A stretch of DNA of 64,000 bases, from the NCBI RefSeq assembly GCF_009914755.1, contig NC_060925.1. One strand, written 5' to 3'. The position numbers were made by a program, and so were the translations under genes. Under the pieces are notes generated by a model. That model saw only the letters and a list, made by a program, of their open reading frames with translations, was not told the DNA's origin and did no database searches. Below, one piece after another: positions 21,348-45,932 of the stretch. The DNA comes from the human T2T-CHM13v2.0 reference genome, Homo sapiens. The number at the start of each line of letters is the position of its first letter. The stretch's first letter is position 1.

Positions 21348-22209
21348 GTAAACTGCCTTCAAGATTCCATTCTTGTTGGGGTGAAATTCCGTGTTTCTCT
21401 ATTCATCTTCTGCGTCCAGTGCGGGGGCTGTGAAAGGCCTGCTGATGCTTTACATGTGCATAGGCCGATCTGAGAATTGCTAAGGCCACTGTATCAGTAT
21501 GGAGGCCTCGAGTAGCCGTAGAGCATTGGATGGATAGATTTTCAGAGTCGCTCGACTTGCAGAGAAGAAGTAAACCAGAGTATTCTGATAGTGGGCGAGG
21601 CTAGTGGCGGCATTTCTGAGGACGCAGGCTGTCATCTTTGTGGAATCTCGAGGTAGCTGAAATTAGATTGTCAACAGATCCCTTGCTCATATCTCTTACT
21701 GCTCTGAGCAGCTGTTCTGCCACCATTGAACATTCCGCTTTGTGTCATGATGTGCCTGTCTGAGCCTGATGAAAGTGTGCTGATGAGATTTGAATAACTC
21801 TTAAGAGGTGATATCATGGTGGATATTTTATTTAAAGGCTGGCATTTTGTCTCCTTAGTTTAGTCATAACAAAATCTAGTTCTTGTGTTCCTCTAAGAAG
21901 TGAGGTGGTGCTTTCTGATTAAGTTGATATGGTTGCTGGATTATAGAGCAAGTGTTGTTAATGTATTGTTTGAAGGTGGAATATGAGAATTACACATAGG
22001 TTGGTATTGTAAAGCAGGTCTGGAGATGATCAATAACTGGGTTCAGCATGAGTCTGTAGATCTGTTCTTTTCTATATCCTAGATGTGGACAGGACCTGGA
22101 GAGATGGCATGCCTGCTTTCTTCTTTGTGGCCTTTGCTTTCATTCAAGTTCAATTTGTTCATAAATACATTCTCATAACTTCTCAGGTTGAACTATGTAA
22201 AAAATTTTG

Positions 22210-22460
22210 GGATGGGTGTGGTGGCTCATGCCTTGTAATCCCAACACTTTGGGAGGCTGAGACAGGAGGATCCCTTGAGCTCAGGAGTTCGAGACCACCC
22301 TGGGCAACAGAGTGGGACTCTGTCTCTACAAAAATAAATGAATAAATAAATACCTGGGCATGGTGGCTCATGCCTGTATTCCCAGCTATTTGGGAGACTG
22401 AGGTGGGAGGATTGCTTGAGGCTAGCCTGGGCAACAGCAAGACCCTGGCTAAAAAAAAAA
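22210..22460 (+). mobile_element. AluJ with internally deleted right arm
   Basis: GGATTGCTTGAG joined directly to GCTAGCCTGGGCAAC. Confidence 0.8.
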
Positions 22461-22492
22461 ATGTGTATATATATATGTGTGTGTGTGCATGC

Positions 22493-22535
<43 letters not shown>

Positions 22536-22543
22536 CACACACA
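22461..22543. repeat. (TA)n/(TG)n/(CA)n compound microsatellite
   Basis: Directly visible at the Alu tail. Confidence 0.95.
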
Positions 22544-23455
22544 TTTAAAAAATTTGGATAGCTTTTGCTAAGCAAGGTCTTAACACTATTTTTTTGTTAT
22601 TTTTGTCATCAAGCTTTAGTTTTAAAACTTGTTGAATCAAATGTAACTTCAACAGAAACTAGTGTTTTTTGCATTACACTAGTATGAGAGAAATACAGAA
22701 TGTCTGTTTTGAAATTCCATGTCCTAAGTTAGAAGTATTTCTAAGTTTTTAATTTTTAGAGTTACTTTATTAGTATAAAGATCTGAATATTTTTGATTAA
22801 AAATAATTTCAGCATTTGGTAAAATCAGACCTGATTGTGAATCTGATACAGAGGCTAGGTTTTATGAGTATGTGTAGCTCTGCTCTGATGAGTGTTTTTC
22901 CAAAATTTATCCAATTAAGTATAGCTTTTAAGGCTTAGAACAGACTGTTTTTCCTTTTCAAGACCAGATATGAATGCACTTTTCCTTTTTTCTCTCTTTC
23001 TTCTTTCCCATTTTGATTTCGTGCAGGGAATAAGTGTCCAAGAAAGTCTGCCAACGGAGTCTTTCTTAAGGCCAAAGCTTTTTAGCCCATTTTCTCACTG
23101 TGGTCTTGTCCTGGGTACAAAGTAAAGGACAATGGGCCCCCTGCCTTCCTGTTTGTAATCCCCTTCCCAGGCTGCTAATCATAGTAGATCTTTTCCAGGA
23201 GGAAGCATATCCTTTTGGTCTTGTAAACTAACATGATATAATTTCATAATGCTCTGAAGTTATTTTATGTCTATTTCATGTATTTCTCTTTGAAAGATGG
23301 CCTCGTTTGAACAGGTACTGGTGAATATCTGGATTCTGTGAAACAGTGTGAATAAATATGCATACTTCTTGAACTTTTTTTGTGCAGCTTGTCAGGATAG
23401 AAGAGAAATTAAACAGATGTGACTGTGGTAGGAAAAACCTGCAAAAGGTGCCTTG

Positions 23456-23733
23456 GGCCGGATGCAGTGGCTCACATCTGTAATCCCAGTGCTTTGGGAG
23501 GCTGAGGCGGGAGGATTGCTTCACATCAAGAGTTTGAGACAAGCTTGGACAACATAGCAGGACCCCCATCTCTACCAAAAAAAAAAAAATCTGGATGTGG
23601 GTGGTGTGTGTTTGTAGTCCTAGTGCTTCGGAGGCTGAGTGGGGAGGATGGCTTGAGTTTGAGATTACAGTGAGCTAAGACAGCGCCATTGCACTCCACT
23701 CTGGGCTCAGACTTTGCCTGCTAAAAATAAAAA
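23456..23733 (+). mobile_element. AluJ
   Basis: TSD AAAAG(G/A)TGCCTTG. Confidence 0.85.
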
Positions 23734-23771
23734 GATGCCTTGGACTTCTCAGAGTTGAACTGTTTGGTTAA

Positions 23772-25443
<1,672 letters not shown>

Positions 25444-25574
25444 CCATTGCTCTTTTGGATTACTATATTGTTGGCTTAGTTCTCTCTTTCATCCAGATTT
25501 TTGACATCATCTTGGCAGATGTCAATGACTATGTAAATAAACAATAACAGAAACAACAATAGTGATAAAATAGC

Positions 25575-25745
25575 TTATTCATATTGAGCACTTTCTGTGT
25601 GCCAGGCTTTTTTCTAAGCACTTTACGTTTATTAACTAATTTAACCCTAATAGCAGCCATATGAAATAAATACTGTTATTCCCATTTTACAGATGAAACT
25701 AAAACAGGCCAAGTGACTTCCCCAAAATCATAAGTACTAGTAAGT
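25575..25745. mobile_element. MIR
   Basis: TATTGAGCACTTTCTGTGTGCCAGGC...CCCATTTTACAGATGAAACT. Confidence 0.75.
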
Positions 25746-26269
25746 AACCACTATGCTGAGTTTCCTTTGTAACTACCGTTAACTGTGAAATTTCTTGAAT
25801 TGAGCTCAAGCAAACATTGGCTTCATTCTGTTCCAGTTGTTTAGTGTTATGGCCACATTTTTAACTTGTCATCATGTTAAGGTCTCAAATTCACCTTCAA
25901 GTCTTAAACTGTGATAATTGATAGCTTTCACTTTCATAATCACTTTATGTGTGTTCTCCCACTCTAAGTCTCCTAAACCGTCGGCCTCTTCCAGATTTTA
26001 CTTCTTTTCCTTCCTTTTCTATACTACGACCTCTGGGTTGCATTGCTTGCAGTTTTTATTCTTTCTTATTATTCTTCAGGACTTACTATGCAGAAGCCAG
26101 CCTCACATCATCCCTACCATCCATACCCTCCATTCTTACTCCGTGTCATGGAGAAACCTGCATAGTGCTGGGGATTAGTGCCACAATTAATGTGTAGTCC
26201 GAGGTCTCCCTTAAATCTGTCTTTGGTCCCTGTCGGAGCAGTTCTGCTTAGCTCCCTCCCCATTTCTCC

Positions 26270-27582
<1,313 letters not shown>

Positions 27583-28005
27583 GTATAGAAATGTGCAAGT
27601 CTTTCCTATTACAAATAAAGGGCTGGGGGGAGGAAAATCCCTCCTTCGTTTCTGTTCCTTCCAATAAAATCCTTCATTCCTATTTGCTCTCTCCTGCTCA
27701 TCATAGCCAGGCTCTGACAGTGTCATGGATACTGGCATTTCCCACTTCCGTGCCAACCCACTACAGGCTGGCTTCAGTGTCCCCTCCTGCCCCCCACTTC
27801 ATGGATACTGCCCTTGCTGTGGTTTCCAGCCTTTATTGCTGAAACCAGGAGGCACACTTCACACTTTTGCAGTACTAAGTATGTTACTCATTTTGTTTTT
27901 TTCTTCCTTGAACTTTTGGCTACTTCTGTTTGTGGGCTGGTTTCAGTCTTCTGAAACTGCTGTTTTTCTGGCTACTCACATGGCTATTAAATTCATTCAA
28001 CATAA

Positions 28006-28323
<318 letters not shown>

Positions 28324-28772
28324 TAACTTTTAAAAGCTTGCTGTGTCGTTTGGTTTTATTTGTTTTTAGGAACTAGAACTTTGACTACACAACATATTTA
28401 CAGTGTTAAATAGCAGAATAGGCTATTACAGGAAGTTTTTATTTATTTATAATTTATACCAGTTACTACTTCTAGAAAGGATTTGAGCAGCTTACCACAA
28501 ATATATACAGTGAAGCTATTAAAATATAAATAAGTAAAAATTTATGTAACAAGAAAAACTAAATGTATAGGTTGCCTCGGCTAATGTGGTTATTGTAATT
28601 TAATTTGGAAACATGGAATTTAATGCAAAAAGGGAAAGATAAATTGTACAATTTTCACTCTGGTAAAAGAAAGCCTAATAGTTTGTCGAGAGAAACCTTT
28701 TTTCCTAGTATTAAATTCTAAAGATGTTCTAAGAGAAAATTGTTATAAACATCCTGATATAAAGATACGTAC

Positions 28773-30098
<1,326 letters not shown>

Positions 30099-30122
30099 TT
30101 ACAAAATAAAATAAAAAATAAA

Positions 30123-30252
30123 CAGGGCAGTGATGCATGCCTATAGTACCCAGCTACTCCTGAGGCTGAGGTACAGCCAAGGAGTTTTGAGGCTGCCATG
30201 AGCTTCAATCACACCACTCACTCCAACCTGGGCGGTGAAAAAGTGAGACCCC
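30123..30252 (+). mobile_element. Alu right-arm monomer
   Basis: GCCTATAGTACCCAGCTACTC...GTGAGACCC. Confidence 0.7.
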
Positions 30253-30257
30253 TTTTC

Positions 30258-31582
<1,325 letters not shown>

Positions 31583-31789
31583 CTAGTATGGAATTTAAAA
31601 GACTGCATTTCTGTTTAATTCTAACAAATGTACTGAATAAAGTATTAGTATATGAGAGGTAAGGGAACTACTGACTGCAACATAGGGGCAGAATGAAATA
31701 AATGGGAAAGTGAGGAATCAGTCGAGTAATTTTATGGAGCAAAGGAAAAAAAAGGTATGCCCTTTTACTCAGAAAAGCAGACGGATATT

Positions 31790-32110
31790 AAGAAATGAAT
31801 TAACGCATCCTGCTCCATGGTCTCATTTGACCTTGTCCTTGAAAGATGTGAACTTGTAATAGGTTGAGAAGGGAGATTGGGCTCCTAGGAATCCATGTGT
31901 ATAGTGTAGGAAGGTGGTGGCTAGTGGAGAAGAAGGCTTAGAGTTGGGCAAGGAAAGCTGAGACAGGGGAGGTAGGTTGGATTGTGGAGGCCCTTGAACT
32001 TTTAGGTTATGCTCTGAGGCTGTGGCAACCAACTGAAGGTTTTTAAGGAGAGGCAATGGCATGAACTGATCATTTTTTTAGGAATATAATCCTGGCTGTT
32101 TTCTATGGAA
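31790..32110 (-). mobile_element. L2 fragment
   Basis: ATTGTGGAGGCCCTTGAA...CTGAAGGTTTTTAAG...CTGGCTG pattern typical of antisense L2. Confidence 0.55.
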
Positions 32111-32569
32111 AAGGAATGCTACAAACACAAACCAACCAAAAAACTAGTATTATTTCATTCTTGTTTATCACTTTACTGAAAGATCAATTTGAGTCTTCTC
32201 CTTAGATTCCTTATAATCCGAAGTGCCTTTGAGGGCAAGTGGGAATTCTACAAGATCAAAATTAAGCAATTGGGCAAAAATTGAGAAAAATTCAAATGAA
32301 TTAGACCTAAATGTTTTATTGTCTCTTTAATGTTAGTGAATGCTTCTGGAATTTTTGCTCCATTCCACTTTCCTAACGCTTCTAATTGTATGTCGCAAGG
32401 AAAAGTGGTCAGAAGAACAGTTTAGAACTCAGGCTGTGTAAGTGATTTAGAGTATGTATGGTTACCTTTTCTACCTTTCTGCTCTGGCTTTCAAAACTTG
32501 GAAGATGTATTTTTTTGCTAATTATTAAGAAATGTTGTTTTCCTATAACTTCTTAAAAATAACTCTGTA

Positions 32570-32887
32570 GGCTGGGTGTGGTGGCTCACGCCTGTAATCC
32601 CAGCACTTTGGGAGGCCGAGGCAGGCGGGTCACGAGGTCAGGAGTTCAAGACCAGCCTGGCCAACATAGTGAAACTCTGTCTCTACTAAAAATACAAAAA
32701 TTAGCCAGGTGTGGTGGCACGCACCTGCCTAGTCCCAGCTACTCGGGAGGCTGAGGCAGGAGAATCGCTTGAACCTGGGAGGCAGAGGTTGCAGTAAACC
32801 GAGATGGCTATTGCACTTCATCTAGCCTGGGTGACAGAGCAAGACTCTGTCTCAAAAACAAAACAAAACAAAACAACAAAACAAAAA
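32570..32887 (+). mobile_element. AluS (Sg-like) with (CAAAA)n tail
   Basis: Complete dimer; TSD CTCTGTA. Confidence 0.9.
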
Positions 32888-33124
32888 GCACCTCTGTAAA
32901 ATTATTGTTTCTTGCTGGATTTTAAACTTGATTTCAGACTTACATAAGTAATTCTTTAAAGGAGCAGGGAGTTTTGAAACTAAGTCTTTGATGGATGTCT
33001 ATTATAATGGATACTGTTTATAGTAGTAGAGAAGTGACAGAATAACTTTCTGTAGTCCACTTAACTGTAGCTTTGAATGACTGGATAACATTTTCACTAA
33101 ATTTTGAAGATGGTTGCAAGGTGG

Positions 33125-34323
<1,199 letters not shown>

Positions 34324-34439
34324 CCAATTATGTTTTTTATTTAATGCTGTTTAAATGTTAGTTTGTTGACATCCAGTTAAATAGGAATTCAACCAAAAAA
34401 AATAACTATTGTATTCAAGACCCATCCTGTGTTGTAGGG

Positions 34440-34776
34440 CAGCTGTCCCCATTCTTTTTAGCCCCAGGGACTGGTTTTGTGGAAGACGGTTTTTCCACAG
34501 ACAGGGTTGGGGTGATGGTCTCAGGATGAAACTGTTCCACCTCAGATCATCAGGCATTAGATTCTCATAAGGAGTGTGCAACCTAGATCCCTTGCATGCA
34601 CAGTTCACAGTAATGTTTGCACTTCTATGAAACTCTGATGCCATCGCTGATCTCACAGGAGGAGGAGCTCAGGCAATAATGCTCACTTGCCCACCGCTCA
34701 CCTCCTGCTGTGTGGCCTGGTTTTTAACAGGCCACAGACCTGTACCACTCTGTGGCCTAGGGGTTGAGGACCCCTC
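34440..34776 (+). mobile_element. MER1B (hAT-Charlie)
   Basis: CAGCTGTCCCC...GGGACTGGTTTTGTGGAAGAC...GAGGACCCCT; 8-bp TSD TTGTAG(G/A)G. Confidence 0.88.
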
Positions 34777-34802
34777 TTGTAGAGGATTAGAAACTTGACT
34801 AA

Positions 34803-35090
34803 GGCTGGGTGTGGTGGGACATGCCTGTAGTCCCAGCTACTTGAGGCTGAGGCTGCAGTGAGCTGAGATGGTTCCACTGCACTCCAGTCTGGGTGGACAG
34901 AGTGAGGCCTTGTCTTAAACAAACAAACAAAAAATTAGCCGGGCATGGTGGTGCACCCCTGTAGCTCCAGCTGCTCGGGAAACTGAGGCAAGAGAGTCAC
35001 TTGAGCCTGGGAGGTTGAGGCTGCAGTGAGCCATGATTCCCTTGACAGAGCAAGACCTTGTCTGAAAAAAACAACAAAACAATAAAAAAA
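34803..35090 (+). mobile_element. Two deleted Alu right-arm fragments
   Basis: Alu motifs with internal deletions. Confidence 0.75.
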
Positions 35091-35094
35091 GTAA

Positions 35095-35640
35095 TTTATT
35101 CTGCCTTGGGTAAGGTCAATGATTTGAAAAGTGTTAAATAGAGGAGCAATTGTATTTGGTTTTGGGGTGGAGAGAATCCATCAAGACTTTAGACAGGAGC
35201 AAGTGAGAAGGTCCTGGAAGAATAAATTGGAATTTAAAAAGAACAAGACGAAGGACACAGTGGGGAAAGGGAAAGTTGGAGCAAAAACACAGGGGCAGAA
35301 AAACTTGGGATGCATTCTGGAAGTCCTCTGGTGGGTGGTTGTAAAAGAATGTGGCTGGAAGGCAGTGTTCATGTGGGCTTGTAAAAATAGGTGGTTTATG
35401 TTGCAGAACACTTTGAATGCCATTGTGGGGAGTTCAGTCATTGCTTCGTAGACAGGAGGGGAACTTGGAGGATTTTGAAGTGGACAGTGATAGAAATAGA
35501 TCTGTACTTCAGGAAGGTGAATCTTGGCAATATTATGTGGTACAGATAGGGCAGATGAAAAGGGATAATTCACCTAATTGGATAACTGTGGTAAAGATAA
35601 TAAAAAATATTTTTAAAAAAGAAAATGGGGATATTGTGTA
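35095..35640 (-). mobile_element. L2 fragment
   Basis: Purine-rich antisense L2 pattern (GGAGGATTTTGAAG...GATCTG...ATCTTGGCA). Confidence 0.5.
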
Positions 35641-36285
35641 GTATGGATAGGGTAGGAGGAAGAGAGAGAAAGCTGGTTAAGAAGGCCTTGGGTGAGAAGT
35701 ATTGAAAGCCTAAAAGATAATGGTGGTGGTAGAAATGGAGAGATTTTATAGATATAAGCTGATTAGATGGATAGACAAAGCAAGCTTTTAGCCTGTGTGA
35801 GAACAGCAGAATGGTGAGAACATTAAAAAGAAATAGAAAGGAGGCCAAAGAGCTGGTATTGTTTTGGGGATAGAGGTTTCGGCTTTAGTTGTGTGAGACT
35901 GAATGAAATGCTGGAAGGATAGCTAGGTAGAGGAGTCGAGTAGTCTATAGAAAAATGTATGTGTGTATGTATGGGGACATTAGGTATTAGAGATGTTAAT
36001 GTTTTGGTTCATAGTTACAAATACATAGTACTTTATATCTAAAGCCCACCAAGGAGGTTTCAGCCTTTCTTGTCTTGTTTGTAACATTCAACACTTTGGT
36101 AGGTCCTAGGTAGAACACAAAAGAAAAAAGTTTTGTTTTGTTTTTTAAAATTTAAATATCAACAGTATTCAACAACTATCAACATTTTGGCAATCTTGTT
36201 CTGTCATCCCCTAACAAATTCCTTAATATCATCTAATACCCAGCCTATCTTCAGACTACCTGATTATCTAAAAAATGTATTTTTA

Positions 36286-36928
<643 letters not shown>

Positions 36929-37177
36929 CACAAGCCCAGGGTTATAAAACCCTGTCTCCCCAATTATGCTATTTGTTTGAAGAAACTTGGTTGATTTATT
37001 CTGTAGATTGTTTCATATACTGAATTTGCCTGTTTATATCTTTGATGTGTCATCTAAGTTGCTTCTTTCCTCCCTATATGTCTTCTAAACTGGTAGTCAG
37101 ATCTAAAGCTTGATTTTATTCAGGGTTTGGTTTTTTAAACAGTTTTCATTTTAAGGGGAGTGGGGCAAGAATACTTA

Positions 37178-37414
<237 letters not shown>

Positions 37415-37467
37415 GAGTTGGGAAAAGGTAACATTCTATAATTCTTTCATTTCTTCTGCATTTATTA

Positions 37468-37827
<360 letters not shown>

Positions 37828-38974
37828 CTATTTGGTTATCCTGGAATATTTTATACAGGCTATACAGACTAGATGTATGCTTAATTCTGTTTTATTTGCT
37901 GTTTTCAGGATAATGCATTTTCTTCCCTCTGTAACCATTGATCTATTAATGAAGTTTTTAAAAAAAAAAGTATCGTAAGCTTATGAATTTATATATTTGA
38001 TTTTTAAAAATCAATTTGCAGTATTTTTTACATGTTAGGAACAAGAGAACGTTCTTGCTATTGGAAGTGACGTTGAAAGTCATGCTTTAGAGGGGTTGAT
38101 CTTGCAACAGGGTTAAGCAGTGGTTTAAAGCAGTGCTTTTTAGCTGGGTATTTGTAACATAATCTTTGAAAATTAACCCAAATCAACAAATCCATATCTG
38201 GGGCCTATCTAGACTGGGAGAGTCTAGACTCCTTTGTTTTTCAAAAGGCCCCCGTGTCATTCTGTTTCATACAACTCTGTTTAAGGACTATTGGATCAAA
38301 GACTAAAAGCCCAAAGAACAGTCCAGCTATTGCAAGTATCCTAGGTATGTGGTAGTAAGGACATGGATTGAGGTAATATCAGTGGGAATGAGAGGAAGGG
38401 AGGGATAGAATAAAGCAACTTTATATCTTAGAAGTTTCCATATGGTATTTTGTGAATAATGTTGGTAATAATACAAGGTTTCAAAGAGTAGTGACAAAGA
38501 TGACTCCAACATTTATGGTATCGGGGCCTGGGAGAATACTGTTGATAGGGAAGATTGGCAGAGATTGCTAGTTTAGGGGAGAAGATAATGGTTTTTTGGA
38601 CATGAGGAGAGTTAAGATGATGGCTGTATTTCAGAGGGAACTCGGGGAGGTTGCAATGTGTTTTATGTCTTGCTTTTTCTGAATGTGTCATTCATTCTCT
38701 TGGCATAGTACTCAACTAGTGAATATAAGTCATGCTCCATTGATTGGGAAGGTTAATAAATGCTAAGTTTTCATTTGATACATGTGATCATAAAAATATT
38801 TGATATTTAAATAAAGAACCATCAGTTTAAAATAAAATGGCAAACAGACTAGAAAAAACATTGTAGCAAATAGAAAAAGATTAATATAAAAATATGTAAA
38901 CATTTAAAAAACAAAAAAATCAGTAAACTAGGCAAAGGACTTAAACAGATAATTCTCACAACTGGGAAATGTAT

Positions 38975-39150
38975 GTCATTCATTTCATCAACATTTACTG
39001 AGCTCTTATGTCAGGTACTGTTGTAAGTGCTAGCAAACGAGACAGGAGATCTCTGAGCATTCTGGTGGTAGAGTGAGAGACAGACAGTGTGAGAGATGGA
39101 CAATAGACATGCTCCAGAAAACAAGAATTTCAAATAGCGATGATGCTATT
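38975..39150 (-). mobile_element. L2 3' end
   Basis: TCATTCATTTCATCAACATTTACTGAGCTC...GTCAGGTACTG is the reverse of the L2 terminus. Confidence 0.65.
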
Positions 39151-39170
39151 AAGAAAATTAGGGGCCAGAC

Positions 39171-39495
<325 letters not shown>

Positions 39496-39507
39496 AAGAA
39501 AATTAGG

Positions 39508-39750
39508 GGCCAGACGTGGTGGCTCACACCTATAATCCCAGCACTTTGGGAGGCTGAGTCAGGAGTTTGAGAACAGACTGGGCAACATAACAAGACTTTG
39601 TCTCTACAAATAAAATAAAATATTAGTTGGGTGTGTTGGTGTGTGCCTGTAGTCGCAGCTGTTTTGGAGGCTGAGGTGGGAGGATCACTTGAGCCCAGGA
39701 GTTCAAGGTTACAGTGAGCTATGATTGTGCCACTGTACAGTAGCCTGGAC
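39508..39750 (+). mobile_element. AluJ (host of the preceding AluY)
   Basis: J-type arms with an internal deletion. Confidence 0.8.
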
Positions 39751-40025
39751 GGGTAGGGCATTGAGGTAGAGAGTGACTTTGGTTTTTATGTTATTTATTT
39801 ATCCTGTTCTCGGGAACACATCGGTTATGGTGTTGTGTAGTTGGAGGTTAGCATTCCTAATTATCTGGAAAAAATATTGGTCAGATTTAAGTTCTGTTGT
39901 GGTTCCTGATAATTGGATTCGTAATTACTTTTCTTTTTTAGATTTTTCCTTTGTTTGGTTATTCTTGAAAAAGATTTTATATTGGATAGAGTGTAGAGTT
40001 TTTCCTAACTAGAAAAATTGGTTGT

Positions 40026-40332
<307 letters not shown>

Positions 40333-40528
40333 GGTTGTTTCTTACAGAAGTTACTTACTTGGATTCTTTTCACACAGTAGTGTTGGCTTTGTTCTGTTGG
40401 GAGGGAAACTATTCCTCTAAAAAATGTTCACATTTTTCCTATTACTTCATTCAGTAGTGAAATGTAATGATTTGACTCTGCCATGAGTCAGTGGCATATC
40501 TGAGGGATCTTTGAAGTTAAAGGAAATT

Positions 40529-40835
40529 GGCCAGGCGCAGTGACTCACGCTTATAATCCCAGCACTTTGGGAGACCGAGGCAGGTGAATCTGAGGTGAGG
40601 AGTTCGAGACCAGCCTGGTTGACATGGTGAAACCCCGTCTCTACTAAAAATACAAAAATTAGCTGGGCGTGGTGGCGTACGCCAGTAATCCCAGGTACTC
40701 AGGAGGCTGAGGCAGGAGAATTGTTGAATCCGGGAGGCAGAGGTTGCAGTGAGCCGAGGTCGTGCCATTGCACTCCAGCCTGGGCGACAAGAGCAAAACT
40801 CCGTCTTAAAAAAACACAAAACAAAAGAAAACCCA
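40529..40835 (+). mobile_element. AluS (Sq-like)
   Basis: TSD GAAGTTAAAGGAAAT. Confidence 0.9.
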
Positions 40836-40975
40836 GAAGTTAAAGGAAATCACTGTATAGTTAAACGAATTGACTAGAAAGTGTCTTTGTCCTTTGCTAT
40901 TTAATTACACAATATATATACATCATGTAACCAAATGTTTCAAACTATAATTAATGTATGGAGAGTTCAGTGCCC

Positions 40976-41297
<322 letters not shown>

Positions 41298-41570
41298 TAA
41301 AGAGAAGTAGTAAGTGGTTTGCACGTGGAAAGTTATCTGTTTAAGGAACTTCTTTAGCCAATAAACATTTTGTGTTTTTCATTTATTATTGAAGATCGAT
41401 CCAGAAACACACACAGAGAGAGAGATACCTGTTACTTTGTAGTTACGTTTTTTATTAATAAATAGGGACTTTTTAGGTATAAGAAGGAGATAATAGAAAG
41501 GGAAAACAAATTTTAGTCTTTAATTTTCTATTTAATAATTTACTGTTGGGAATATAAGATTTGTCGGGGA

Positions 41571-41705
41571 GGCCAGGCACAGTGGTGTGTGCCTGTAGTC
41601 TGAGCTACTTGGGAGACTGAGGCAGGAGGATCACTTGAACCCTGGAGTTCAAAACCAACATAACAAGACCCCATCTCTTAAAAAACAAAACAAAACAAAA
41701 CAAAA
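41571..41705 (+). mobile_element. Alu monomer (FLAM-like)
   Basis: TSD AAGATTTG..CGGG.GA on both sides. Confidence 0.8.
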
Positions 41706-41847
41706 GATTTGCACGGGAGAAAAGGGATGAATATCGTTTTTATAAATGGAAACAGAAATAGAACTAAGATAGTAGTTCTTATGCTTAAGTTAGCCAGTTC
41801 TTGCTTTAATTCTGACTACCTCATATGGAATTTTTTTCTTTTCAAAG

Positions 41848-42032
41848 GAAACTTGGCTGTAACTTCAAAAGAAGATTTGATTCTTTATTTCTGGACTGCA
41901 TATATATATATAACAAGGCCATTAAAATGTCGGGAGCCTCAGTGAAGGTGGCTGTCCGGGTAAGGCCCTTCAATTCTCGAGAGACCAGCAAGGAATCCAA
42001 ATGCATCATTCAGATGCAAGGCAACTCGACCA
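41848..42032 (+). other. KIF1B: KIF1B exon 2 (79 nt 5' UTR + 106 nt coding)
   Basis: Branch-like TTCTGAC (A at 41815), polypyrimidine tract, AAG|G acceptor; donor CCA|GTGAGT at 42032/42033. Confidence 0.93.
41927..42032 (+). CDS. KIF1B: Kinesin-like protein KIF1B (kinesin-3), first coding exon: [35 protein letters not shown] + phase-1 base; CDS continues beyond the window
   Basis: [12 protein letters not shown] is the kinesin motor-domain N-terminal signature; MSGAS...[15 protein letters not shown] matches KIF1B rather than KIF1A/KIF1C; -3 A Kozak; canonical donor. Confidence 0.97.
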
Positions 42033-42931
42033 GTGAGTACATGTTGTTTTCTCTCAGCTGTGTATCTTACTTTCCTTTCTTCTTTCCCTGTCGTCTTGCT
42101 GTGTTCAGAATAGATGAACATCTGTATGTTAACACTTTGAACTTTGCTATTCTGAATGATCCATTGAATGTATTCCCCTCTGTGGTATTTGCTATAGTAT
42201 ATTTAAATATGGACTATTTATTTTACCCTGTACAATTGAGAAACCCTGAATAACTGAACTAATTTAGCAAGTGTTTATGCTTATTAAGTTGAAATTTTAA
42301 TGATAATAAAGGTATAAACAGTGCTTTTTGCCAAGTCCTAATGTGAAATATACCTATCGAGGCTGCAAGATTCATTGTTTTTCTTTCTAGATTTTAAATA
42401 ATACTTGATTTTGCCAAGATGATCTTAGAACTTTTCAGTGATTCTTTGAGTTGAACAATGGATATAATATATAGTAAACTTATACATTATTACTAAAGTT
42501 ATCAGTAATTGCTTCATAGTTTGTTTCTCTATAGAATTGCTTAGGTGAAAAATGACTTAAGTTGTTTCTTTTATACCTGCATTACCAAATTTCTTGATAT
42601 GGTTCCATAGGCAAATTATCAATTAAAATAGAGGTAGGCTCTACTGTCTTTAAATCTGTAATTTTGTGATACCAGAAGAATCGTCACCCTTTCAGGCACA
42701 AGTTACTGCTGAAGTACACATTCTAACCTCATTAGCTTGTGCTCCATTTGCCAATGTTCTGTGTAGAGGAGTCTACTGGTGGAAATGTTTGTTCCACCAA
42801 AATCTAGCTAGATATTGCAGCCCACATTTCAGGTAGTTCACATACAACTTTGAATGCTCCACTGCTTATACTCTTCTCTGAACTTGACAGATAAGGGCTT
42901 GCAACAATCTTTTTTTAAAAAAACATTTGAA

Positions 42932-43085
42932 GGCCGGGTGTGGTGGCTAATGCCTGTAATCCCAGCACTTTGGGAGGCTAGGGCAGGAGGATTACTTGAG
43001 TCCAGGAGTTGAGGCTGCAGTGAGCTGTATTCATGTCACTGCACTCCAGACTTGGCAATAGAGCAAGACCCTGCTTCAAAAAAAG
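42932..43085 (+). mobile_element. Monomer-length Alu (left-arm start fused to right-arm end)
   Basis: CCCAGCACTTTGGGAGG...CCAGGAGTTGAGGCTGCAGTGAGC. Confidence 0.8.
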
Positions 43086-43242
43086 GGTCTGTTTTTGAGA
43101 CCCCGTATATATATTTAAAAAAATTTAAAAGTAGAAGGCTAAACAGCTGTACCATTGTAGTTCACTCTTCTATGTCAACATTGCCAACAGTTCTGTGAAT
43201 TATATCGTATGAAAAATTGTCAAAGAAAAAGAGATGCAAAAG

Positions 43243-43308
43243 TCAACATTGAATTGAATACTTTAAATCGGTGAACTTTATGGTATATAAATTGTATCTC
43301 AATAAAGC
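43243..43308 (+). mobile_element. L1M 3' terminal fragment
   Basis: GGTGAACTTTATGGTATATAAATTGTATCTCAATAAAGCT is the classic L1MB/MC 3' end. Confidence 0.7.

Positions 43309-45932
<2,624 letters not shown>

Noticed and set aside
41825-42253. 142-aa ORF as a complete protein
   Set aside because: Only 41927-42032 is coding; the upstream ATG at 41825 is intronic and residues after QGNST run through the donor into intron 2
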